NCBI GenBank assembly: GCA_963797095.1
Contig: CAWCNY010000001.1
Location: 288,001-352,000, forward strand
Origin: an uncultured Chloroflexia bacterium
Lineage (GTDB): Bacteria > Chloroflexota > Chloroflexia > QHBQ01 > JADMIH01
Length of the DNA: 64,000 nt
Reading direction: 5' to 3'
Shown here one piece after another: positions 38,606-47,011 of the stretch (the first letter of the stretch is position 1; each line of letters begins with the position of its first letter). Below the pieces are notes generated by a model. The model did no database searches and was not told where the DNA came from. It saw only the letters and a program-made list of their open reading frames with translations. Position numbers and translations under genes: made by a program.

Positions 38606-39687
38606 CTCCCTGCCTCGCTTCCCACCAGAGCCGGGCCTGTTGTGCCTGCCCTGCTGCCCGTGTCGTCTGCTTGCGTTTCGCCCAACAGATGCCTGAGCAT
38701 GACCTGATGGCGGCGCACCTGCTCTACGCTATCTGATTCTGTGTCGTCCACGAGCCAGCCGTTGCCTTCATACTCGCTCGAGATGTAGCCGTTGTATCCT
38801 CCCTCGATCAGCACCGGCACAACTTCTTCGTAGGGGATGGCCTCCTCCCGGTACCCGCTAACAGGGTCCTCAACCATATCGTTGAACTTGCCGTGGACGT
38901 GGAGTATGTGCGGCATGTACTCTGCCAGCCGCTGTGGGTCGGCGAAGATGAAGCGGGCCGCGCGGTTTGCCATGGCGATCTCGTCCTGTGTGCCCCCCAG
39001 GCGCTCGACCTCTGCGGGTATCTGTCCTATGCTTTCGTGGCTGTTGTACGCTTTGGTAATGAAGCCGGCGATGTGCGGGCGCATACCGTTGGCCAGCCAG
39101 TAGCTGAGGAAGATTCGAGGCATATGCTTGGTGAAAATCCCCATGTCGACTGTGAAGCCGAGGTAGGGGGAGCCAACCTCGCGCATCATGGTCACGTGCT
39201 TCTGCATCCATACATCATCCAGCTGGTGCGGCGCATGGACCTCGAGTGCCTGCTTGACATTGTATTTCTCGGCATACGGAGCCACACGCGCCAGGATGGA
39301 GGGCGGGGTGAGGTGCAACACCCGGATAACGGTGCAGCCAAGGCGATTCGCGAACACGATGTCTCGGATCGCCAACTCGACCATCTCGTCCTCGGTCATG
39401 AGGCGGCCGCTGTACCTGTTGATGTCGAGGAACATATCGTGGGCGACGGGAGTGCGGCCGTACTTGGCAAGCCAGCCTTTCCACTGCGCCAGCCACTCAT
39501 CGCCGGGATCGGGGAAGTTGGGCACCATCTGCTCCCCGATCACCTCAATTCCGGGGATACCCAGATCGGCTGCAGTCTTGATGCAATCTTCCAGGCTCAT
39601 CTTGCCTATGAAGTAGTCGTGCCGCCAGCTATAGAACGTAACACAACGCTTGATGTCGTGCGGCACGGTCGTGTCTGTCTCATCCAT
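38602..39687 (-). CDS. C-glycoside deglycosidase alpha subunit-like (divergent SLYSFQEE-class member)
   Basis: VTFYSW, LEVHAP, VDMG, HVHGKF, SSEYEG. Confidence 0.85.
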   Translation of the reverse strand: MDETDTTVPHDIKRCVTFYSWRHDYFIGKMSLEDCIKTAADLGIPGIEVIGEQMVPNFPDPGDEWLAQWKGWLAKYGRTPVAHDMFLDINRYSGRLMTEDEMVELAIRDIVFANRLGCTVIRVLHLTPPSILARVAPYAEKYNVKQALEVHAPHQLDDVWMQKHVTMMREVGSPYLGFTVDMGIFTKHMPRIFLSYWLANGMRPHIAGFITKAYNSHESIGQIPAEVERLGGTQDEIAMANRAARFIFADPQRLAEYMPHILHVHGKFNDMVEDPVSGYREEAIPYEEVVPVLIEGGYNGYISSEYEGNGWLVDDTESDSVEQVRRHQVMLRHLLGETQADDTGSRAGTTGPALVGSEAGR

Positions 39688-39699
39688 TCCCAGCTCCTT

Positions 39700-40779
39700 T
39701 CACGCCGACGCGGCTAGATACTTGTTAACCATGGCGTGCCACTTCTGCACTTCTTGCATGGCGGCATTCGGATCCGCGGTGAATCTGCTGCCCTCCCACT
39801 CGGCAGAGATAGAGCCGCTGTAGCCGCTCTCCTTGAGCAGCTTGATAATTTCGCCGTAAGGGATAGAAGGCTCAACTCCGCTCTCGTCTATGTGGTAGAA
39901 CTTGCCGTGGATGTGGCGGCTGTAAGGGAGCACCTCGCGCCAGGTCTCTACCGGCATGTGCCCGAACATCGTAATTACCGAGTTGAGCGAGCCGACGAGC
40001 GATGCCGGCGCCTGGTAGCGCTGGGCTGCGCCGGCAAGGGCGGCAAACTTCTGCATGGACGGCTCATCGCTGTGCCAGATCTCTCTCGTCGTTTCGATCA
40101 GCGGCTCGGGCGCGCCCATCTGCCGCAGCATCGGCCAATATCCATCGGGCGGCTTGGTCATGGAGCAGCTGAGGTCGGGCACGAAGCCAAGGTAAGGCGA
40201 CCCGATGCGGTCGTAAAGCTCCCGCAACTCGATAACTTCAGGATGTGAGGGGGAGAGGGGCGAATGCAGTTCGCAGGCCACCTGCACCTCCGCCCGCTCG
40301 GCGGCCGGCACCAGCCTCTGTATGGCTTCGGGTCCGGCGAGCGCCTGAATGCGCAGCACCGGAAAGCCCAGCTTACGGGCCGCCTCGATCTGCGGCTCTA
40401 TGTAGGCTACCGTTTCCTCCACCGTCATTAGCCGGCCCGGGAAGCGGCCCAGGTCTACGTTGCCGGACAGCGAGGTGGGCCGCAGACCCAGGCGCGTCGT
40501 AACTTCCCTGAACAGCTCGGCGAACTCATCAGTGATATCGGGGTAGTCGCGTATGCTCTGGAAGCCCACGACCTCGACGCCGGGCCCCACTCCCAGCTCT
40601 GCTACCTTCTCCATCAACTGCTCAAGAGTGAAGCGGCGTGTCTGCCACCGGCTGGTGAAGCTGTAGAGGGTAGTACCCAGGACGATATTGCCGGTGTTTG
40701 CGCCGCCTGCGCCGCCTGCGCCGCCTGCGCCGCCTGCGCCGTCCGTCCCGCTTGTGCTAGATCTATTGTAAGTGTTCAT
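39700..40779 (-). CDS. C-glycoside deglycosidase alpha subunit-like (SAEWEG class)
   Basis: GTTLYSFT, CELHS, PDLS, HIHGKFY, SAEWEG; (GGA)n repeat at the N-terminus. Confidence 0.85.
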   Translation of the reverse strand: MNTYNRSSTSGTDGAGGAGGAGGAGGANTGNIVLGTTLYSFTSRWQTRRFTLEQLMEKVAELGVGPGVEVVGFQSIRDYPDITDEFAELFREVTTRLGLRPTSLSGNVDLGRFPGRLMTVEETVAYIEPQIEAARKLGFPVLRIQALAGPEAIQRLVPAAERAEVQVACELHSPLSPSHPEVIELRELYDRIGSPYLGFVPDLSCSMTKPPDGYWPMLRQMGAPEPLIETTREIWHSDEPSMQKFAALAGAAQRYQAPASLVGSLNSVITMFGHMPVETWREVLPYSRHIHGKFYHIDESGVEPSIPYGEIIKLLKESGYSGSISAEWEGSRFTADPNAAMQEVQKWHAMVNKYLAASA

Positions 40780-40789
40780 CGCTTGGCCC

Positions 40790-41182
40790 TCACGCGGCTA
40801 CCTGTGTTGTGGCATACTGCCAAGTTGGGGTCAAGAACTTGCCCGGGCCCACCAGGATGTAGGGAGCACGCACCGCCAGTTGTAGCTCTAACCTGTGGCT
40901 CTCGCCCGCCTTCACCCGGCCCGGGTCGCGCACGCCCAGCAGAGCGGAGTCGAGCACGAACCAGAACTCATCGGCATGTGCGGCCAGCTCCTCCAGCCGG
41001 TATCGGTGCCCGTTGATGCCGAAGCGAATAGCGTCGGGCGGCACAGGCCGCCCGTCCAGGCTCAACTCGACCCTTTCGACGCACGACAGAGGCAGTGACC
41101 TGTACCAGTTGAGGCGGGCCTCCAACTGGTAGCCTTCTTGTGTAGCCCGCAGGCTGTTGTCCTCTATTATGTTCAGAGGCAT
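40790..41182 (-). CDS. C-glycoside deglycosidase beta subunit-like (WYRSLPLS class)
   Basis: RLNWYRSLPLSC, FWFVLD, RAPY. Confidence 0.85.
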   Translation of the reverse strand: MPLNIIEDNSLRATQEGYQLEARLNWYRSLPLSCVERVELSLDGRPVPPDAIRFGINGHRYRLEELAAHADEFWFVLDSALLGVRDPGRVKAGESHRLELQLAVRAPYILVGPGKFLTPTWQYATTQVAA

Positions 41183-41198
41183 GTGAGCACCACCCTCC

Positions 41199-42266
41199 CT
41201 ACTTGGTCTCGCCGAGCAACTGCTTGAACATCTCTTGCTCGCGGCGCACCTGCTCCACGCTGTCTACCTGGTAAATGTCCTGGATGTGGCGGTTGCCTTC
41301 GTACTCGCTGGACAGGTAGCCATTGTAGCCGCCCTCGATCAGCACGGGCACCACCTCGTCGTAGGCAATGCTGTACTCGGTGTAGTCGGGCAGCATCTCG
41401 TAGAACTTGGCGTGGATATGCACGAAGTGCGGCATGAACTCGAGCAAGCGCTGCGGGTTCTCGTAAATCTGGAACTTGGCCATGCGGGCCATCTCGCGGT
41501 CGTAGTCGTTCGCGCCCATTTTCTCCACCTCGTCAGGTAGGTTGTCGAGGTTGTCGTGGTTGTTGAACTTCTCGAGGACGTAGTTCACGATATTCTGGTG
41601 CGCGCCGTTCCTGACGAGGCGGTCGCTCGTCACGCGAGGGAAGCGCCTGGTGAAGATGCCCATGTCCGGGGTGAAGCCGAGATATGGAGAGCCGAGCCGA
41701 TCCATGAGCTTGATTCGATCTTTGAACCACTCTTCCTCGAAGTGGTGCGGCGCGTGGATCTCGATGCCCATCTTGACATCGTATTTCTCGGCGAATGGCA
41801 CCGCTCGCTCCAACACGGGCAGCTCGGTGTTGTGGATGACTCGGATGACTTTGCAGCCGAGGCGGTTGGCGAAGCGCAGGTCGCGCACCACCGAGTCAAC
41901 CATCTCGTCCTCGGTCATTTTGCGGCCCTTGTAGATGTTCCAGTCGAGGAACATGTCGTGGCATACGGGTGTACGGCCATACTTGCGCATCCACTCATGC
42001 CACTGCTCGAAGAAGGCCTCGCCCGGCTCGGGGAAGCCAGGCACCATCTGCTCGCCGATGATCTCGATACCTGGTATGTCGAGCTTTTCGCAGGTGGCGA
42101 TAATGTCCTCCAGGCTCATTTTGCGCAGGAAGTACTCTTCCTGGAAGCTATACAGGCTCACGCCGCGCTTGATGGTGGGGGTCTTGGCGGTGCTTGCACC
42201 GGTGCCGGCGCCAGATACACTTGGGCTACTCATCATCTTCTCCTTCGGCTCCATCAGAGCCTCCAT
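41199..42266 (-). CDS. C-glycoside deglycosidase alpha subunit-like (SLYSFQEE class)
   Basis: IEIHAP, PDMG, HIHAKFYEM, SSEYEGNRH. Confidence 0.85.
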   Translation of the reverse strand: MEALMEPKEKMMSSPSVSGAGTGASTAKTPTIKRGVSLYSFQEEYFLRKMSLEDIIATCEKLDIPGIEIIGEQMVPGFPEPGEAFFEQWHEWMRKYGRTPVCHDMFLDWNIYKGRKMTEDEMVDSVVRDLRFANRLGCKVIRVIHNTELPVLERAVPFAEKYDVKMGIEIHAPHHFEEEWFKDRIKLMDRLGSPYLGFTPDMGIFTRRFPRVTSDRLVRNGAHQNIVNYVLEKFNNHDNLDNLPDEVEKMGANDYDREMARMAKFQIYENPQRLLEFMPHFVHIHAKFYEMLPDYTEYSIAYDEVVPVLIEGGYNGYLSSEYEGNRHIQDIYQVDSVEQVRREQEMFKQLLGETK

Positions 42267-42269
42267 TTA

Positions 42270-42662
42270 TCAGTGGACTAATTCCAGAACTTTGTGATCG
42301 TGACCTCTGAAGCCTGCAGGCACATACGATATCTTCAGGTGCTGTTCCACATCTACCTCGTGCCGGCCCGGCTTGAGCCCACCCGGCTTGTTCACGGTCA
42401 CGATACCGACCTCACCGAACTCCCAGCGGTCCACGTCCTGGTCTTCCATCTCGGCGAGTTTGTAGGTGTTCCCGTGCAGGGTGACCGTCAACCCCTCCGG
42501 GGCGATGCTCTCGCCATCCACACTAAGTTGGGGAGGATCGACCAGGGATATCACGATGCCACGATAATATGGCAAGCGCAGTCCGACTTGGAACCCCGTG
42601 ACCTCACCGTCCTTCTCCACGTTCCTGAACTCCTCACCCACGATCATGTATTTGTCAAACAT
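42270..42662 (-). CDS. C-glycoside deglycosidase beta subunit-like (YYRG class)
   Basis: MFDKY, RLPYYRG, RWEFGE, KISYVP. Confidence 0.85.
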   Translation of the reverse strand: MFDKYMIVGEEFRNVEKDGEVTGFQVGLRLPYYRGIVISLVDPPQLSVDGESIAPEGLTVTLHGNTYKLAEMEDQDVDRWEFGEVGIVTVNKPGGLKPGRHEVDVEQHLKISYVPAGFRGHDHKVLELVH

Positions 42663-42690
42663 AGCGTGTCTCCTTCTCCCGACTAGACCC

Positions 42691-43743
42691 TTAGCGCCCA
42701 GCAGAAACGGCCGACGTCTCGCCAAGCAGCCGTTTGAACATCACGTGTTGGCGGCGCACCTGCTCTACGCTGTCTACGGGGAAAGCATCCTGGATATGGC
42801 GGTTGCCCTCGTACTCGCTCGACAGATAGCCGCCGTAGCCGCCCTCGATCAGCACGGGGATGATCTCGTCATAGGGGATGCTGTACTCTGTGTAGTCGGG
42901 CAGCATTTCATTGAACTTGGCGTGAATGTGGACCACGTGCGGCATGATCGGCAGGAGGCGGCGCGGGTCGACGTAGATCATGGCTCGGCTCGTATAGGAG
43001 GCCGCCCACTTGTCAACAGGCCCACCGCCCATCTTCTCAACATCTTCCGGCAGGTGCTCCTGTCCTTCATGGCTGTTGTAGACCTCGACGATGTGATCGA
43101 CGATGTCTTGGCGAGCTCCGTCGCGCACCCACCGCTCGCTGACTACCCGTGGCATACGCTTGGTGAAAATGCCCATGTCGGGAGTGAAGCCCAGGTAAGG
43201 AGAGCCAAGCCGCTCCATTAGCTCCAACAGCTCCTGCATTGCGGGATTGTCGGGGTGGTTGGGCGCGTGTATCTCCACGCCTATCTTGACGTCAAGCTCC
43301 TCGGCGTAGGGCACCGAGCGCGCCAGCACGTTCAGGCTGGCCGTGTGGATCCCGCGGATGACTTTGCAGCCGAGGTGGTTGGCGAAGCGCAAGTCGCGCA
43401 CTACCGATTGCACCTGCTCATCCTCGGTCATGGTGCGGCCCTTGTGCTTGTTCCAGTCGAGGAACATGTCGTGGCACACCGGAGTGCGGCCGTACTTGCG
43501 CATCCACTCGTGCCAGTTCTGGAAAAATGCCTCACCAGGCTCGGGGAAGCCAGGGGCCATCTGCTCGCCGATGATCTCGATACCTGGTATATCGAGCTTT
43601 TCGCAGGTGGCGATAATGTCCTCCAGGCTCATTTTGCGCAGGAAATACTCTTCCTGGAAGCTGTACAGGCTCGCCCCTCGCTTTATGTTGTTGGCGGGGA
43701 CTTGCTTGGTGCTGTTTGCCTCGGTTGTGCTTGCGTTGCTCAC
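42691..43743 (-). CDS. C-glycoside deglycosidase alpha subunit-like (SLYSFQEE class)
   Basis: VEIHAP, PDMG, HIHAKF, SSEYEGNRH. Confidence 0.85.
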   Translation of the reverse strand: MSNASTTEANSTKQVPANNIKRGASLYSFQEEYFLRKMSLEDIIATCEKLDIPGIEIIGEQMAPGFPEPGEAFFQNWHEWMRKYGRTPVCHDMFLDWNKHKGRTMTEDEQVQSVVRDLRFANHLGCKVIRGIHTASLNVLARSVPYAEELDVKIGVEIHAPNHPDNPAMQELLELMERLGSPYLGFTPDMGIFTKRMPRVVSERWVRDGARQDIVDHIVEVYNSHEGQEHLPEDVEKMGGGPVDKWAASYTSRAMIYVDPRRLLPIMPHVVHIHAKFNEMLPDYTEYSIPYDEIIPVLIEGGYGGYLSSEYEGNRHIQDAFPVDSVEQVRRQHVMFKRLLGETSAVSAGR

Positions 43744-43785
43744 GTTCGGTCACCTCCATGTGCATGAAAGCCGCAAATCTGATAC

Positions 43786-44181
43786 TCAGGCGGCTAGATT
43801 GAGGTCTTTATGGTCGTTGCCGCGGAAGCCCCGACCCGGTATGTAACTAATGTCCAGGTGGATGAACAGGTCGAACTTGTGCTCGCCAGGGGCAAGGCCA
43901 CCCGGTTTGTTCATCCTCAGGATGCCCACTTCGCCGAACTCCCACCGGAAGTCGGGCATCGACTTGAGGGCTGTGAGAGGGTACGTCTGGCCATGCAAGG
44001 TTACGCTGATCTTTTCGGGTGGGATGTGCTCCCCGTCAACAGCCAGGTCTATTGTCTTGATGAGCGACACGCAAATGCCGCGGTAGTACGGAAGGCGAGC
44101 GCCGACCTGGAAGCCGGTAATCTCGCCGTCCTTGCTGACGTTGCGGAATTCCTCGCCCACGATCATGTATCTGTCAAACAT
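43786..44181 (-). CDS. C-glycoside deglycosidase beta subunit-like (YYRG class)
   Basis: MFDRY, RLPYYRG, RWEFGE, ISYIP. Confidence 0.85.
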   Translation of the reverse strand: MFDRYMIVGEEFRNVSKDGEITGFQVGARLPYYRGICVSLIKTIDLAVDGEHIPPEKISVTLHGQTYPLTALKSMPDFRWEFGEVGILRMNKPGGLAPGEHKFDLFIHLDISYIPGRGFRGNDHKDLNLAA

Positions 44182-44203
44182 CTCACTGAACTCCTTATTT
44201 GGG

Positions 44204-45259
44204 CTACCGGGCGGCAGTTTCCGTAGCCGGAACCTCCCCGATCAGCTGCTTGAACATTGCATGTTGCCGGCGAACCTGCTCGGTGCTGTCCACCGGGAAG
44301 GCATCCTGTATATGGCGGTTGCCTTCGTACTCGCTCGACAGGTGGCCATCGAAACCCGCCTCGATCAGCACGGGCACAACCTCGTCATAGGCGATGCTGT
44401 ATTCGGTGTAATCGGGCAGCATCTCGTAGAACTTGGCGTGGATGTGGAAGATGTAGTCCTTAATCTTCAGCAGGTCGCGAGGTTTCTCGAAGATGCCCAG
44501 GCGCATGCCATACCCGAGCTGGAAAGCCTCCTGCTCCGTGGCTCCGATCTTCGTTGACGCCTCTTGCAGATCGTCCATGTAGAGGCCGCTGTTGTATAGC
44601 TCTACGAACCTATCGGCAATCTCCTGCCGCAAGCCGTCGCGCACCCAGCGCTCGCTGACCACGCGCGGAAAGCGGCGCGTGAAGATGCCCATATCGGGCA
44701 GGAAGCCGTAGTGGCGCGTGCCCGTGCGCTGGATCACCTCCAGGTGCAACTCGATCCATTCGCCGTTCAGGCGGCGGGGTGAGTGGATCTCCACCGCGAG
44801 CTTGATATCGCGCTCCTCGGCGTAGGGCAGAGCCAACTCGATCCACTTCGGCGCGATACCCGAACCGACGCGGATCACCTTGCAGCCAAGCTTGTGAGCG
44901 AACTCGATGTCGCGCACCAGGTCGTGACGAGCCTCCTCGTCAGTCATCATCCGTCCCTCGTACTTGTTCCAGTCGAGGAAGAGGTCGTGGCACACCGGAG
45001 TGCGGCCGTACTTGCGCATCCACTCGTGCCAGTTCTGGAAAAATGCCTCACCAGGCTCGGGGAAGCCAGGGGCCATCTGCTCGCCGATGATCTCGATACC
45101 TGGTATGTCGAGCTTTTCGCAGGTGGCGATAATGTCCTCCAGGCCCATTTTGCGCAGGAAATACTCTTCCTGGAAGCTGTACAGGCTCGCCCCTCGCTTT
45201 ATGTTTTGGGCGGGGACCTTTGCCGGTCCTGGTGTGCCTTGTGTATCAGCGTTAGCCAT
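44204..45259 (-). CDS. C-glycoside deglycosidase alpha subunit-like (SLYSFQEE class)
   Basis: VEIHS, PDMG, HIHAKFYEM, SSEYEGNRH. Confidence 0.85.
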   Translation of the reverse strand: MANADTQGTPGPAKVPAQNIKRGASLYSFQEEYFLRKMGLEDIIATCEKLDIPGIEIIGEQMAPGFPEPGEAFFQNWHEWMRKYGRTPVCHDLFLDWNKYEGRMMTDEEARHDLVRDIEFAHKLGCKVIRVGSGIAPKWIELALPYAEERDIKLAVEIHSPRRLNGEWIELHLEVIQRTGTRHYGFLPDMGIFTRRFPRVVSERWVRDGLRQEIADRFVELYNSGLYMDDLQEASTKIGATEQEAFQLGYGMRLGIFEKPRDLLKIKDYIFHIHAKFYEMLPDYTEYSIAYDEVVPVLIEAGFDGHLSSEYEGNRHIQDAFPVDSTEQVRRQHAMFKQLIGEVPATETAAR

Positions 45260-45297
45260 ATTCTCATGCCTCCTTCCGAGGGCCCGAACAGGCGGGT

Positions 45298-46275
45298 CTA
45301 TGTCGCTGCCTTGATGCATCCCTCGATGTATCGTTTGATCATAGCCTGGTGCTCCTGCACCATTGCCAGCGAATCGGGCGCGTCACCCTCAAACTCGCTG
45401 GACATCCACCCTTTGTAGCCGCCCGCTAACAATTCATGCACCACTTCCTCGTAGCGCAGGTTCGGCTCGGTGCCGTTTTCCATGCTGAAGAACTTGCCGT
45501 GCACATGCATAATGTAGGACATGATCGTGCGTAGGGCCGCCGGCTCCGAGTGGCCAAAGCTGCCCCAGAAGCTCTCGACAGCACTGACCTGGCTTTTTTG
45601 CAAGCCGTGATGCTCCAATTCGGCCAGAGCCTCCGGCAGTGGGGTCTCTGCGTTCCACAGCTCCACCGCCCTCGTTACGATGCTCTCTGCCACCCCGCGG
45701 GCACGGGCCCGCTCAGTGGCGAACTGCGGCACCGAGCGGGCGAAGATACCCATGTCCGGGATAAGACCGAGATGGTCGGAGGAAATCCGCTCTACCTGCC
45801 TGATCAGCTCCTGCGTTTGCGGAGCTTCGATCATCAAGGGCACGTGCAATTCGTAGCCCATCTTCAAACCGAGCTTCTCAGCGTAGGGCAGCAGCCGCTC
45901 GATCACCGGGTAAACGAAGTACTGGAGTCGCACCACCCGGAAGCCGAGCTTTGCCGCGCCAATTAACTGCGGAACAGTGTATTCGACCAGCTCATCGGGC
46001 GTGAGGTCTCGGCCGGGCAGCATGAAGGGGTCAGCGTAGCTGCCATACGAAGTGGGCGTCAGGCCGTTACGCTCAATAGAGCTTTTGAAGATGCGCTCGA
46101 ACTCGGACGTAACGTAGGGGAAGCCCCGGTGATGAGCCGGCCCCACGATTTCCACCCCGCCGCCAAGCCCGGCGGCTTTCTGCATCATGTCCTCGAAGGA
46201 CCACTGGAATGAGCAATACTCGTTCGTGAAGCTATGGAACGATATGCCCACTTTGAAGGGCTCTGTTATGGTCAC
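45298..46275 (-). CDS. C-glycoside deglycosidase alpha subunit-like (divergent class)
   Basis: ISFHSFTNE, YELHVP, PDMG, HVHGKF, SSEFEG. Confidence 0.8.
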   Translation of the reverse strand: MTITEPFKVGISFHSFTNEYCSFQWSFEDMMQKAAGLGGGVEIVGPAHHRGFPYVTSEFERIFKSSIERNGLTPTSYGSYADPFMLPGRDLTPDELVEYTVPQLIGAAKLGFRVVRLQYFVYPVIERLLPYAEKLGLKMGYELHVPLMIEAPQTQELIRQVERISSDHLGLIPDMGIFARSVPQFATERARARGVAESIVTRAVELWNAETPLPEALAELEHHGLQKSQVSAVESFWGSFGHSEPAALRTIMSYIMHVHGKFFSMENGTEPNLRYEEVVHELLAGGYKGWMSSEFEGDAPDSLAMVQEHQAMIKRYIEGCIKAAT

Positions 46276-46757
46276 GATATGTCCTCCGGCCCTCCACTCT
46301 CAAGACGCAGACGTTTGCTGGAGGAGTTGTAAAAGGAAAATCTCCCCGCGGTCGCGTAAGGCTCTACAGTGACCAGGGTGCCCTGGACGTCATGGACGCC
46401 GGGCTCGAGCGGTGCATGCGGCACAAAGAGGTCGGCGTAATCGAGGATGAACCACCAGACCTTACTCAGGCCGCGAAGCTCATCGAGTTTGTGGCCGTAG
46501 TTATTGAGGATGAGGACGATGTTTTGGGGGTCTATTTGCTCACCGTCAATGCTCAGCTCTATTCCTTCGATGCACGAGAGCGGAAGAGACCTGTAACTGG
46601 TCAGCCTGACCTTGAGCATGACGCCGGGCTGGCTATTGTGTACTGAGTTACGCAAGCCCTGGTCGGCAATAAAGCCCCGATCTTTAGGATGCCGCGCAAT
46701 TGCTATCGGGGACGAGGCTGCGGTCCCCGCCGGCAATGCTCTCTCCTGGCAATCCAT
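46272..46757 (-). CDS. C-glycoside deglycosidase beta subunit-like (SYRSLPLS class)
   Basis: RLTSYRSLPLSC, WWFILD, PGVHDV; AAGGAG RBS before ATG 46757. Confidence 0.8.
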   Translation of the reverse strand: MDCQERALPAGTAASSPIAIARHPKDRGFIADQGLRNSVHNSQPGVMLKVRLTSYRSLPLSCIEGIELSIDGEQIDPQNIVLILNNYGHKLDELRGLSKVWWFILDYADLFVPHAPLEPGVHDVQGTLVTVEPYATAGRFSFYNSSSKRLRLESGGPEDIS

Positions 46758-46908
46758 ACTCTGCTCCTTTCGCTCCCTGTGACGGCCGTGCCTGCCCCTA
46801 TGGCATGTGTAAGTGCACGGCTTGCCGAACGAGGGGTCCAGCCGATGGCCGGTCATTGTGGGCGCGCCAATGCGTGTGCGGCCGGCACTACTTTGCCGGT
46901 ACCAGAGA

Positions 46909-46958
46909 AGAGTATATCCCCCATTTTTCTGCCGAAACACCGTAAAAACCTGGGAATC
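46909..46958 (-). promoter_or_regulatory. Putative activator-dependent promoter heading the main deglycosidase array
   Basis: Minus strand GATTCCCAGGTTTTTACGGTGT-N20-TATACT. Confidence 0.65.
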
Positions 46959-47011
46959 AACGCGCGCGAATACCGGGCGAATCTTCGCGGGATTTAGCGG
47001 CTGAGCCGCAC

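Noticed and set aside
11150-46275. Annotating the alpha genes as xylose isomerases or AP endonucleases
   Set aside because: Fold-level similarity only; consistent pairing with DUF6379-type genes indicates deglycosidase subunits
29283-46757. Array as a pure assembly artefact of one repeated gene pair
   Set aside because: Copies differ extensively in protein sequence and keep intact frames, RBSs and coupled junctions; only short tracts are near-identical
29283-46757. Integron cassette array or diversity-generating retroelement
   Set aside because: No integrase, attC-like repeats or reverse transcriptase; differences between copies are not adenine-specific
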